From Eremomyces bilateralis CBS 781.70 (Eukaryota): a stretch of DNA of 50,377 bases. The stretch lies in NCBI GenBank assembly GCA_010015585.1, contig ML975149.1. One strand, given 5' to 3'. The translations under genes and the position numbers were made by a program. Shown piece after piece: positions 34,297 through 46,641 of this stretch; position 1 is the first letter of the stretch, and every line of letters starts with the position of its first letter. Below the pieces are notes generated by a model. The model saw nothing but the letters and a program-made list of their open reading frames with translations, did no database searches and was not told the origin of the DNA.

Positions 34297-35737
34297 TCAC
34301 TGTCCGCTCAATTCGTTCGTGACGTTTGCAAACGCCGCCCACATCTCCTTCGCCCTGCCATCCTTGATCGCCAGTCGCGCAAGCCTGACGCCCTCCTTCC
34401 ATCGGAAGCCACCGGGACCCGTCTCTTTGATCGTTTCTGCCTCGTCTTCGTCACATACCCCCGCAATAACAAGCAAGGCCGCCGTGTTCATAAGGACAAA
34501 GTGCAGAACGGGATCATCATCCGCAATCTTGCCATCTAAGAAATTCATCAGGATCTCGGCGTTTTGGGTGGGGGTTCCTCCTGGATGGACTTCGGACAAC
34601 GGATGTGCTGGCAAGCCGAAGTCCGACGGCTGTAAGGCGAAGTATGTCGTGGTCGTTCTCTGGCGTTCTTCATCGTCCCCATCCGCCACTTCGTCGTCAG
34701 CAATTGGTTGAACCGCCCAACAGTGCGTCAATCCGGCGCAGCTGATTTCATCGAGCTCTTCGTCGCCGCATACAACCAATGCCTTCGTCGCGCCGCCGAG
34801 TGCTAGCGCCTCCGCGAAAGCAGGACCGACATCTCGTCGCGCGACACCGATCATTCGAGCCTCCAGTGTTCCTGTGCTCTCGATAGGGTTGCTCAGAGGT
34901 CCCAGCAGGTTGAAAATCGTTCTCCATCCCAGCTCTTTCCTGACCGGAGCTACGTACGCCATCCCGGGATGGAAAACGGGGGCGAAGAGGAAGGCATAGT
35001 TCGTCTTTTCGTAGACGGCAGTTATTGTACTCGGCGTCGTCGCAGTCAGAACAGCCGGACGAGGCCGGGCTACCGGGGATGTTAGTAGGTCTGCGGATCC
35101 AGAGGCAGAGGTCGAAGCTCGGTTGCCGTGTTTTGCTAGTAATAGGTAGGCAGATGCGATGATGCTGGAGGTCGTTGAAACGTTGTAGGTGTTATGGGAG
35201 TCGCCCCCAGTGCCCACGATGTCACACTTTTCAGACAGTTAGCTCCGATGATACAACAACGGATAGGTCCCCTACCAGTCCACCCCTATAACCCCCTCTC
35301 TTGAGCTTTGCGCCATTCTTCGCAACGCATTCCCTTAGCAATGTCGCGTCTGGTACGGTAGAAGCCCCTCTCATCTCTGCTGCGCATGCCGACAGGACGG
35401 CTGGTTTTCTATCCTCACCAGTGAAGTGCAGAGCTGTCAACAGCGCCCCCGTCTGGACGGGAGAGAGGCTATTCGTAAAGATATGAGACAACGCAAAAGC
35501 GATCTCGGAGGCCGACACGGACTGGTTCGAGGGGGATGGCCATAGCCGTTTGAGCAGAGGCGTTATCGATATAACTTCCGACTTGGACACCTCTGGGGTT
35601 GAGGTTGCCCCGGCTGCAATCTTCTCCTGCGTTCTTAAGGTTCCCGCCGCTGCATCACGAGTAGTTATGTCTGCTGCTCCTGAATGAGCAACATTTTGGA
35701 GTACATATGGTGGGATGAAACCTTTGTTGCCCGCCAT
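34297..35737 (-). CDS. TRP4: Anthranilate phosphoribosyltransferase with an unusual N-terminal extension
   Basis: CDIVGTGGDSHNTYNVSTTSSI, AKHGNRASTSASGSAD, FLFAPVFHP, RKELGWRTIFNLLGPLSNP, LDEIS. One intron ~35227-35275. Confidence 0.96.
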
Positions 35738-36136
35738 TATTTCGAGCTCCTAAACCGTCTGCGGTAATCGATCAGTGGATTGGGTATCTTGGTAATACCT
35801 CATGAAAGAAAGCAATCCGCCTTCAAAAGTTCAAGTGCAATTGATCTATGAATACTCCATAATTAAGTCAAGGTTATCAGCTATTGACAATTGTATTCGG
35901 GTTGTGACGCATCGACAGCAAATTCCTGGAGAACTTGAACCGCAGATGTGCCGATTGGCTGGAGACGATCCGATCACGAAGTTTACGGCGCGACAACAAT
36001 TTATGCTCTGCTCTCCATCTTCAGCATTCTGCACGTCTTGTTCAATAGGAACCAAAGTTCTCCTACAACAAATTGATCTTATCCCTTTTATGGCATTGTG
36101 ATAACTTGCTCTTTGTATCTCCAGCGATACAACGCA

Positions 36137-37159
36137 ATGCCGTCTGGCTCCACTTCGCTGCGACGCATTGCGCAGCGATCAATCTCAGTCTCCTCACGAT
36201 GTCCCCGTCAAGCCTATGCCTCACTGGCGACGGCGGCTTCATCCTCACGAAGTTATGACCCGACTCTCGATTCCTCAATACCGCAGGCCCCTCGACATCT
36301 CCCCACGCAACCGCCTTCATTCAAGCCCCCGGAGTTCCGCAAATCGCAGCTGCTCCGGCAATACATCTCCCTCCTCAAATCCTCTCAAGTGGTTCTTCTG
36401 TTCCAACACAATAACTTGAAGGCATCCGAATGGGCCGCGATACGACGGGAATTGGCAGCGGCCCTCCTTGCCACGGACAAAGATGCTGCGTCTATCTCCC
36501 CCGATACTCCTCCGGCCACCACGGCCGACTCCATCAGGTTCAACGTCACGAAAACGCATATTCTCGAGATTGCGCTTCAGCTCCTTGAGTACTACAAACC
36601 TCCACAGCTATCGAGCAGCACGTCAACGTCGGCGCCTACCACACTTGCTGGCGAGGAACCGGCATATACCCATTACCTCTCCGAATACGCGCAGAGGTCC
36701 ATCCGAAAGACCCCCCCACATCCATTGAAGCCCCTCATGAGCGGTCCGATTGCGCTCCTTTCCTTCCCTTCCGTTTCCCCCGACCATCTGGCGTCGGCGT
36801 TGCGAATCCTATCGCCCGACAAGCAATTTCCCGCGCCCAGGAAACGCATCAACCCCGATTACCACGAACCGGCGGTGCAGAGTGGACTGCAAAAGTTGAT
36901 CTTGCTGGGAGCAAGGGTGCAGGAGACCCCGGAATCGCAGGAGCGGCGCGATGCGCGGTTTTTGGACAATTGGGGGATTCGATGGATCGCGGGATTGAAT
37001 GGGCTTGGGGGGCTTCGTGGCGAGCTTGCCGCGTTGTTGAATTATTCGGGTATGGGCCTGGTCGGTGCTCTTGAAGCGAACTCGTTGAATTTGTGGAGGA
37101 CCATGGAAGGGCGCAAACAAATGCTCGAGGATGGCGAGAAAGGTGAGAAGAGCGAATAG
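36137..37159 (+). CDS. MRPL11: Mitochondrial ribosomal protein uL10m (yeast Mrpl11-like)
   Basis: Arg/Ser-rich presequence; FRKSQLLRQYISLL....VLLFQHNNLK..EW..IRREL, LKPLMSGPIALLSF, KLILLGARV, LRGELAALL..GMGLVGALE. Confidence 0.8.
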   Translation: MPSGSTSLRRIAQRSISVSSRCPRQAYASLATAASSSRSYDPTLDSSIPQAPRHLPTQPPSFKPPEFRKSQLLRQYISLLKSSQVVLLFQHNNLKASEWAAIRRELAAALLATDKDAASISPDTPPATTADSIRFNVTKTHILEIALQLLEYYKPPQLSSSTSTSAPTTLAGEEPAYTHYLSEYAQRSIRKTPPHPLKPLMSGPIALLSFPSVSPDHLASALRILSPDKQFPAPRKRINPDYHEPAVQSGLQKLILLGARVQETPESQERRDARFLDNWGIRWIAGLNGLGGLRGELAALLNYSGMGLVGALEANSLNLWRTMEGRKQMLEDGEKGEKSE

Positions 37160-37463
37160 TTGGGGGGAGCAATTGGCGAAAGCAGAATGTGAATGAATAC
37201 ACCGTTATCAAAATGTACTATATGTGTCGATATTGTCCACGAAATAAAGCATTAGAGGCTTATAAAGCGTGCTTGATATTAACAATTCTTGGTTCAACAG
37301 AACTTCAACTCAGAGATATCTTTTCTTCGACGCTGATTGGCTGACACCCCTGGTTGTGCTGATTTGACATTGTGCCAACCATTCTTATTTCTTTGGTCAT
37401 CACATCTTTTGTACCTTTCCTTCATTAGGATCGGCTGTGTTGACACGACCATTCAATCGCAGA

Positions 37464-37819
37464 ATGATACCTACGCGTGCTCTTTATCACCATGCTGCTC
37501 GAATCACGCTCTTCTCGCGCGCCAGCTGTAGCCTCTGCGCCGACGCCAAACAAGTGCTCTCGCGAGTCTGGGACCGACAACCGTTCGAGTATCAAGAGAT
37601 CGATGTTATGAAAGACAGGAAGTGGGCGGTGTATGAATTTGATGTTCCAGTCGTACGGATATATCCTATGATAGCGATGATTTGGATGCTAAAGGCTGTT
37701 AGATCCATGTCGAAAGCAATCAGAACGGTTCCAAGGAGACGAGTATGGCTGCGCCAAAATTGATGCATAGATTCTCTCCAGAACAAGTGGAAGACTTGTT
37801 GAAAAAGCTTGGGAAGTGA
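37464..37819 (+). CDS. Small glutaredoxin-like protein (DUF836 / YDR286C-like)
   Basis: ITLFSRASCSLCADAK (CxxC), YEFDVPV|IHV, KLMHRF. Intron ~37653-37702. Confidence 0.85.
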
Positions 37820-39044
37820 CGATAGAGCCGGGAAAAGGATTCTATATTCCTTGTGCTGGTTCTGGGCCAGCACACCATTCCTTTTGCCTAATGTTCTATT
37901 TTAATATTTATTTATAAATACACTCTTTATACGGCCATATGGTTAAAAATGGTATCGCAATTACCAATAAGAGCCATGCGGTTAGAGAGATGTTGTTAAA
38001 GTAGTTACGGGGACGTCAATAAATATCCTTAATGTCCGTCAAGTTCTAGACTTCAAGCCAGTCCCAGCTCCCGATCGTTGAATTCGATAGCTACCACCAA
38101 TCAGCCTGATATGAATTGCAGGGAGGAACGGAAAACACCACGGAAAGCCAAGGTGAAGAGGCAAAAGAAGCGACTGAGAACTTCTATGGATGGTTCTTCC
38201 AGATCACGGCACGATGGCTAAAGGAAAACCCACTTATCATGATGCCATTCGAACCATGTAGTGATCTACGGGGGAGGAATGAATTCGTGTGAGCATGAAC
38301 ATCTCTTTCCACTGATATTTCTGACTAGCTGGAATAGCTAGGGCGACATGGTTATCGAGTTTGGTTGCCATTGGATTCCTGCACTGCTCGGTGCACCCCA
38401 CTTATAGCCCAATAAGTCTAACCTTGAGAGAAACCTGTACAGCTAATCAATATTGTGCTGTTAGGAATCCCTCCTATAGCTCCAATATCCCCAAAAAAGA
38501 TGAGATAGTGCTATTATCTGTCCTGCTGATCTCCCAGCCAGGTGAGTATTACATAAACAATAACGTACGAGTCCGGATGGTTGCTAACCTCTAGAGAAGG
38601 CACTGATATCGGTCTTCTGGAGGTCATGGATAATATCAGGATACCGAATGGCTCGTTCAACATTCTCCATCAAACTACATGTCGTCGCATAGATGGCTAC
38701 AAGGGCAAGCCTCAGGGGCAGCAGCCAACTGGAGTCCCGATGTTGCCGATGGCACATGGACATTCATAAGTAGAAGCAACGTTGTCCTGGTGTCATTGAG
38801 TTATGACACTAAGCAAGATGTAATTAACTGCCATACTCCCCCCCAGTCCATCATATTACGGGTTATTCCATGCCCGTTCCGCGACCCGCATGACCAAAAT
38901 GCTCCGAACGCTGCAAGAACGCTTCAAATCCAAGGAAAACCAGATAACCCATACTAATAGCAAAATCGACCCGATATGCATGACAAACGCCATATAAATC
39001 TTCCTATGATCCCGGCGCCGATCTTTCCCTAGTCGAACCACCAT

Positions 39045-39548
39045 TCACCGCGCCTTTGGACTCCGCCGCTGAATCTTCGGATCCGGCCGATCCCCATCCG
39101 TCGGCGGCTCCCCTCCCTGCGCTTTCCAGTCTAACAGCTCCGTCCTCCTCTTCTGAAACATCTCCTTCTCGCTCGCGGTCGGCAGAGGCGAGGTATGAAA
39201 CGAGAGGAACCCGACATCGATCTTCTCCCGCCCTTTCGCCGGGTGGATGAACCGCGCATGCACCGAGCGCGACACCGGCGGCCGAAACAAATATTTCACC
39301 TCGACCTGCACATCGCAAGTTAACGGTGTTCTCTTCTCTTCTCTCCGCGTCGGATGGAAGGCTCATACCAGTCGCGCATAGAGGATCCCCCAGCGATCGC
39401 ACTCCCAGTCTATCAGCCCGTCGTCGCGCACTTCACCTTCCGGGACCCAGCCGGCCATGATGGCTTGTTCGGAGATTTCCCTCCAGAGGCGCGCGCGCCA
39501 GGCAGGGAAGTCGGGGGATGAGAGACACTTGAGAAGCTTCTGCTCCAT
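39045..39548 (-). CDS. Hypothetical protein; may be 5'-truncated or degenerate
   Basis: MEQKLLKCLSSPDFPAWRARLW...ILYARL spliced in frame (GTATGA...TTAAC...TGCAG intron ~39306-39368) to VEVKYLFRPP...SPKAR*. GC-rich coding-like composition; no recognised family. Confidence 0.5.
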
Positions 39549-40957
39549 CCCGAAGCGGCGGGGTCGAGGGGGGATTCGTCGCGGAAGATGGGTGTCCCGG
39601 ATCACGGGTCGATGAACATGCGGTCGAAGCTGGGCCAAGAGATATACCGAGTCGCCTTGGACACTCGACCTAGAGTGCGTATCAGGACGGGGAGCCGGGA
39701 AGTAAGGAACTATGCTAGGAGCGCTCAAGCAATCCCCCGGGATCGGTTGAGCGGAAACGCTTGATGAGGATAAAAGGTATTAATACTAATACTGGATTAA
39801 TGGCACAGTGACACGAGTTGAAGAAGAGGTACATCAAGTACTATCCAGATTTCAGGACAATAGGAACAAGGGACAATGGGCAGCCTTGAAACAGACGAGA
39901 TCTGATGTTGTATTCGGTAACACCGATGACAAACGAATAAGGCTCCCGAGTTGTTGCCTTATGGCCTGATCATCGTGTTCGCTGGCCGAGCCCCACTTCG
40001 TCAATGTCACTGCATGATGCAGCACTGCAGTCTGCAGGCAGCCTTATCCGAGCCTGATCTGAGCGATCTGAGCGATCTGATGCATGGATGGGCAAATGAC
40101 AAGCATCCAACACCCCATTTTAATTGACGGGAATCTATCAAGTAACAGCCGTCAAATGGGAACACATTCATTTTCGGATATAAAAACCACGAAACAAGGG
40201 TTACCCAGCGCTGTGCATATTTATGGCAGATTCCCCTCCAGTGTGCATGTCCATTTGCTGCACACGGATCTCATCGTCCTCAAATGCTGGACGCATCTCT
40301 GATCTCTGCCATCTGCATCCGCTGGTGATGTGCAGTCAGTGCGGATCAGTGATGGCATTTAGCATGGGGGGGAAGGAAGGACGGCCATGTGTGCCGTCTA
40401 CCATCTGCTGTCAGTGTCGAGTTATGTTTTCATATGAAGGTTCGCAATCCCCCAAAGCTTCTTGCTTTTTCGCCACTGCGGCTTTGGACCCTCCTTGCTG
40501 TTTGGGGGGCGTCTCAGTGACTGGCTGAGTCGCCTGCTTTTGGCGGCTTTTAACGATACCTGTGGAATGCCACAATGCACATACACCATTCAAGTGAAGC
40601 AGTTTACGATCCCCGTGTAACCTGAGCAATCCATTGTTGTCCACATTGGAACCGTCGGTCCTTTGTCGGTCTTTCTGTTTCATCGAGCTGGTGAATATGA
40701 TGGTGGAACCGAGAGTGCAATGAAGGAATGTGAGTGGAGGTGCCATGCGTTTGGGACATGCCAGGGCTATATGAAGGTCGCGTGTGCCTTCCAAACGAGC
40801 TACTCCAATGTGACTTGTGAAAGTTGTCAGAAAAGCACGATGTCTGCCTGAGCATCACGATTTCGAGCTGTGTCCGTCGACTTGATCCTTAAGTAATCTG
40901 GCTCTGAGCAGATGGTTTACCCCAAATCCTTGAAACCCAATCACCTTGTTGCCCGAC

Positions 40958-42680
40958 ATGCTCCTGTCCCTCTTCGCTCCCCCGGAGGGTAAGATTTCCA
41001 TTCCCAGCCTCATCGTTAGCGTCCCCGTCTGCTCCCTTGTCCTCTGGATCGTCTACTGCCGTACCTTACATCCCCTCGCAAAATATCCCGGTCCGTTCCT
41101 CGCCTCGTTTTCTCGGATCTGGCAGTTATACCGTGTCTTTCAAGGGGACATGGACGTCGCGCACCGAGACCTCCACCATCGGTACGGGCCGGTGATTCGT
41201 ATCGCGTACGACGAGGTATCAATATCAGATGCTAGTGCGATAAAAGATATTTACAGTGCTGCGGACGTCTTTGCCAAAACAGACTTCTATACCCTGTTGC
41301 GGCCGCCATTTGCACGGTATCCCGATCACTTCAGCAGCACGGACGAGAAAGTCCATGGCCAGCGTAGGAGGATTGTCAATTCGCTGTACTCTATGACCAG
41401 TGTTATGGAGTCCGAAGGATGTATCGACCAGGTTTCCGAGCTCTTTCTGCGCCGAATGGATGATTTGGCGGGGGAAGGGAAATTCTTCGACCTTGCAACG
41501 TGGTTTCAATTCTACGCTTTCGAGGTCATAGGTGTGCTCTATTTCAACAAGATGTTCGGCAACCTAGAAAACGGGTGGGATGTTAGCGGTGTCACCACGG
41601 CGCTGGACACACTATTGCCCATTCACTTCGCGTCGTGCTTCGTGCAACGGTATCTGCGACCGGTATTCCTACTTCCCGGATCATTGTTTTCCAGAGTTCG
41701 AGGGGCGATCCGAGGTCTTTCCAAGCTCCGTGACGCTTCCCTGGCGTGCGTTGCCGAAAGGAAAAATCTGGTTCAGGATGGAAGGAAAACCAGAGCGGAT
41801 ATTCTCGACAAAATGTTCCGGATCTACGAAGAGCGAGGCAAGGAGCTGGACTACAACGTCATAGACGTCGAGGTGGAAATCTATGCTGCACTGTAAGTCT
41901 CTATCTCAATAGGGGAGAGAACGACTTACTAGAACTACGATGCTAAACGCTGATAGGTTTGCCGGAAGCGACACCACAGCTATCTCTCTCACCGCCATAA
42001 TCTATCACCTGATGAAACACCCCAACGCGTACGATAAGTTGGTGGAAGAGATCGACAAGGCCACGGACGCCGGCATCCTCTCGCAGCCCAACATTCGTCA
42101 CGAAGAAGCCATGAAGCTCCCTTACCTGGACGCCTGTTGCAAGGAAGCAATGCGGCTCCATCCAGGCATTGGTTGGACCGTACCTCGATACGTCCCCAAA
42201 GGTGGGAGAACCATTGTAGGTCAATGGTTCGACGAGGGAATAAGAGTCGGCATCAACCCTGCCGTTACGCATTTCGACAGGTCGGTCTTTGGCGAGGATG
42301 CGGATCAATTCAACCCGGATCGCTGGTTCCGTGGAGATTCGGTCAATATGGAGAAACACATGCTGGTGGTAAGTGACACATTGCGACCCCTTGCCGACCT
42401 GATAAGCGCAAGGCTGATTTCACTACCGTAGTTTGGCGCCGGTCCTAGAACATGCATTGCGAAGAACGTAAGACATCATGAACCGGCTCTTTTGACTGGA
42501 TTCTGGCGCTTAACGACCTGTTAGATCGCTTTGGCTGAGATTCGCAAACTCATTCCGCAGCTCTTGCGTGCCTATCAGTTGGAGATGGTGGACCCAGGGA
42601 AGGAGTGGAAGAGGGCCAACATCTGGTTTAATCGGGTGTCTGGCGTGGAAGTGAGGGCTTCAAAGAGGAGTACATCGTAA
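40958..42680 (+). CDS. Cytochrome P450 (pisatin-demethylase-like type)
   Basis: N-terminal TM then HPLAKYPGP, I-helix AGSDTT, K-helix KEAMR, FNPDRW, heme motif FGAGPRTCIAKN (42432-42467). Three introns. Confidence 0.96.
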
Positions 42681-43515
42681 CAAGGTGAGTCGCTGGGTGT
42701 TCACTGTTTATACTCTTGAAAGTCAAACTTCAACTTCCAGGCGTCGGTTACCTGTATTGTTTGACAAGATCTGATCTGATGTTGATCAATCAATCGATCA
42801 GATCATACCAAATGGATCAATGAAACCAGGAGGCCAATCTATGTTAGCCTTGTTGCCTGAAGAGGCGATAACCACCCGTTCATAACTTAATTCTGGCGCC
42901 TCCGCTCACTCCCGCTGCGCGGAATAATACTTTAATGAAACTTGAAACGATTGAAATCCCAAGTCTAGAATTTCCCCGCAAGTGGTTCAAATCTCCGTGG
43001 TTCAAACGACCCAAGAAAACAAAAACGTCCCTGCAATTCAGCGTGACGAGTTACAGTGTGTCTAGCTCTGGAAAACGGGATTAGGGACGCACTAGATGCA
43101 AGCCGTCGTCGGGCTTCGCCTTGACATATGTCGATCTTCCGCAACGGTTCCCTGGAGATGATCCACTCACATTCCCGACCCATATCTCGAGGGAGTAGAT
43201 GGTGGTCTAAGGTCTTGTCGATTAACTAAATTCGAGATTTCCATCACTCTCCCTGCCAATTCTGGGTGATGATCAGCATCGCGACGATGGCTTCGGGAGC
43301 GGGTCATAGCTACCCACTCACAGACCCATTGTCATGTTCGTGGCCGTCTCTCGGGGTCTACCGATATCTCCTATTGTTACCGTGGCGTCGGCCGTGTACG
43401 GTAGGTTGCTGACGATCAGTGTATAAATACTCCTGGGGAGAATCATTTCCAGATTCTGTGATAAACTCACATTATCCCAAACAGATTATAGATACCGCTT
43501 GCGTAGAATCTGACA

Positions 43516-44089
43516 ATGAAGGTTAGTCCCTGTTGCAGCGTCGAAGATTTCCATCACTGACACGATACAGTTCACATCCATCTTCTTCAGCCTCGCCGGC
43601 ATCTCCCTCATCCAGGCCGCGGCCGTCGAGAAGCGCACCGGGTCCGCCCTCACCCAAGCCGTAGCGCAATCCCGCCTGGAAGCCGCCGGCATCTCTTCCT
43701 CCTCCACGGGCGACTGCACCGACAAGACCGTTAAAACATGTACCTCGTACGACGGGCTACTATCAGGCACCGTTGCTGGCGCGATTACCCTGAAAGGCGC
43801 ATGCGCCTGCACGCTCATCATCACGGGCGGCACCGAGACGGGGCATGCGAGCGGCACGTATAGCCACGCAAACGGGTACAAGCTGGATATCGGGAAGAAC
43901 ACCGCGTTGAACTCGTATGTGACGGGCACCTTCACGCAGATCGCAGATCGTGGGGATGGATACCCGCAGTGGAAGGCGGCTTCGGGGAACATTTACTGCG
44001 TAAGTTCTATCGGCGCTCTGAGTTGGGGGTTTGATCAGCTAACGTGCCATTAGGATGAGGGCAGCCACTGGGATATTACTTACTATTGA
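43516..44089 (+). CDS. Small secreted Cys-containing protein with LAS/peptidase-M15-like zinc motifs (156 aa)
   Basis: Exons 43516-43521 (MK), 43571-43999, 44054-44089, all splices phase 0. Signal peptide plus KR site; ITGGTETGHASGTYSHANGYKLD and DEGSHWDITYY*. TATAAATA ~95 bp upstream. Confidence 0.85.
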
Positions 44090-44711
44090 GTTGATAGTTG
44101 AAGTGGTATAATTTATTGGATAGGGCTAGACATACCATTAGCATTGTACCATGAACCATTTCTTGACCGTCATTGTGATACTGCATTTTCATGATCCAGG
44201 GAGGAGTGTGCTCTCCTTGTAGTGGACAATGGATATTGGTGACCTGCAGCATCCAACTGCCCTGGTGCAGTTCCAACATGATTGTAAACAACCTTCTGAC
44301 GAACAGAAGTATCCACATTTATCGATTTGTCTCATCTGATTTCAAATTTCCCGTCTCATATTCTTTGGACATTCCCGCGAATTTCCCCATCCGGCTGGAG
44401 ATCATAGCTAAGAGTGATCTGTGGACTGTGATCATCGCAAGGCTGCAAGGGTCCAAGATGTTCCCTGCCTTAGAAATCCAGGCATCAAAACTCAGCATTA
44501 CATCACTCCATTGATGTCATTCAGAAGGATTGTCGTGCAAGTTGTGCAAGTTGTCTCGACCTGTTCACGTCTTAATTCACAATTTCACCTTTGTCGCAAA
44601 CAATTCTAACCTCCTAATTGATCTTATTGGGTTTCCCTTTTCGAAATAAGGCAAAGAAGGATTTGCGGAATTCACATCAACTCTTGACCAAAGTGTACAG
44701 GACGGTCCACA

Positions 44712-45945
44712 ATGCCTACTACACGAGCAGCGGCTCGCAAGAGCAATGGCAACGAGGAGCGGGCCAAGGATGGTTTGGTGGCCAAGCCTGGCGACAAGCA
44801 CAAGACCACTGCTCCCCAGCGATCGCCAAAGAAACGCAAGGTCGAAGACTCGACTGAAGCTTCCAATGGTCGGGGTGAGCCTCGAGAAGAGAAAGCAGAT
44901 GAGAAGAGTGAGGAGACCGAGACTCCTAAAGATGAAGAACCCACGACCCAAGGCCACGGAAATTCTCAAGAAGAAGAGGAGAAGAAACCTGCAGCGGGGA
45001 GTGGGGGATCCAAGGGGTTGAACGGAACTGGAGAGACGAAGTCGAGCGCTATTGGCAAGGAGTCTGGCCGCACCTCGTCTATCGTTGTAGAGAAAGGCAT
45101 CATCTACTTCTTCATCCGTGGTCGCGTCAATGTTCCGGATCCTCACAGCGTCACCGACATCCAAAGGACCTACTTCGTTTTGCGCCCTCTCCCTGACGAT
45201 GCGAAATTGAAGGATGGAGTCATTCCGGAAGGCAAGAACGCTCGTCTGATCGCTTTGCCGAAGAAGAAATTTCCAAATAGCCATAGAGATAGATTCATGG
45301 CTTTCGTTGAGAAATCCAAGGCGTCCATGGCCGAGCTGAAGGACACATTCTTCGTCGGAGCCGAGAAGGAGACCGAAACTCGGGGCACGCAAGAAATCCC
45401 GCCTGTCACGGCGATAGGAGAAGGCATCTATGCGGTCACCCTGACAGGCCGCACCTCGCACTTAGCATATGTCTTGACCATCCCCACTGAAATCAGCGAG
45501 GTCCAAACGAGTCTCGGCCTCCAAGAAAAAGGGAGTTTCGTCCTCTCGCTCAAGAACCCCGAGGGCGGTGGTCCCTCTTCCGCGCAACTCCCCGCGAAGC
45601 CCGATTTCCCCCATGAAATCATGGAGGAGTTCCGAGGACGGAAGTGGTTGCCTGTAGGAAGGCCGGAACATCTCGACTATTCGAACTCGCAAGTTCTGCT
45701 CATCGGGGAAGGGAAGGATAGCTTTGCAGGGGCGATACCAACGAATGGGGAGTACCAGACGGCGGAGGATGAAATTCTCCGGTTGGATGAGGAGGAGGAA
45801 GCGAGAATCGAGCATTTGAATGGTATGGCTCCTCTTCTTTAGTGGTGCATCGAAGCTAACTTGGGCTGGGATAGGCGACGACACTATCTTCGACGACTTG
45901 CATGTGAGCAAACAGGAATTCCCAGCGCTCAAATCCACTTGGTAA
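44712..45945 (+). CDS. Conserved hypothetical protein (charged disordered N-terminus, globular core)
   Basis: EKGIIYFFIRGRV, ARLIALPKKKFP...DRFMAFVE, IGEGIYA, SHLAYVLTIP, GSFVLSLKNP, HLDYSNSQVLLIG. Intron ~45823-45874; ends LKSTW*. Confidence 0.85.
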
Positions 45946-46598
45946 TTTGGTATTGGCGCCTGAGGTGCTCCTGTCGATGGGTACGGTAGCGAAAACTGCG
46001 ATGGTATTGATTAGTAGAGCGACGAAGCGGCAGAGTCAGCGGCTCTTGTATAGCTCATCAGGCCTCGCGATAGATATACGTGTGGTTACAAGCGGTTGTT
46101 CTTAATAGCAATGAAAGAAATGGAAGGCATTTCATTAGCCTATGTGTTGGAGATAGTTATTCGAACTAGAGGTGCAGTTGTTAAGAGAGCACCTTGATGG
46201 AAGTTCTGAAGCTGGGCCGCTCATGGTGACGCGTTAGGGCACAAAGGGGCGTGCACGAGAGCATTCTCACGAGTGGTGACGAGTCACGACGCGTTGGCAC
46301 TCCAAACTTGAATCTTTCACATCAAGGGCGACCTCTTGAGTTCTTCTCGTTACGGACATCCGGAGCGGCTTCACCAAGATGACACGTTTTATTGAGACGA
46401 GATGATTATAGTTGGCAAGTGGCAATATCATGTTGATAGAACGCTTACGCATTGGTTATAACTATGAAAGGGATATTTTGACAAATCAGAAACCATGCGT
46501 GATGATACTCAGTTCTATGGCGCTTAAGATGAGCCCTAAGTTAGTTGCTTGACAAACTAAATTTCCCTCAATCCGGGAGACCTGCCTAGCTAAATTTG

Positions 46599-46641
46599 AG
46601 AGTTTATACCGATACCGCTATGGTATCGGTATAGCAACTCT
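46599..46641. promoter_or_regulatory. Perfect 12-bp inverted repeat upstream of the MBL-fold gene
   Basis: TATACCGATACC-gctat-GGTATCGGTATA (46605-46633), extendable by AGAGTT/AACTCT. Confidence 0.5.

Noticed and set aside
3419..37159. uL11, uL1 and uL10m in one window, echoing the bacterial rplK-rplA-rplJ operon
   Set aside because: Genes are 8 and 23 kb apart with unrelated genes between, order and strand differ, and uL10m is mitochondrial; most likely coincidence.
37895..38017. AT-rich tract ending ...GTAGTTACGGGGACGT, like a pogo/Fot1 terminus
   Set aside because: No partner TIR or TA duplication found in the window.
40053..40082. GATCTGAGC micro-repeat (and the GATC-rich tract at 42768-42804)
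   Set aside because: Too short and low-complexity to support a function.
43486..43992. 168-aa minus-strand ORF
   Set aside because: Antisense shadow of the spliced + strand secreted protein.
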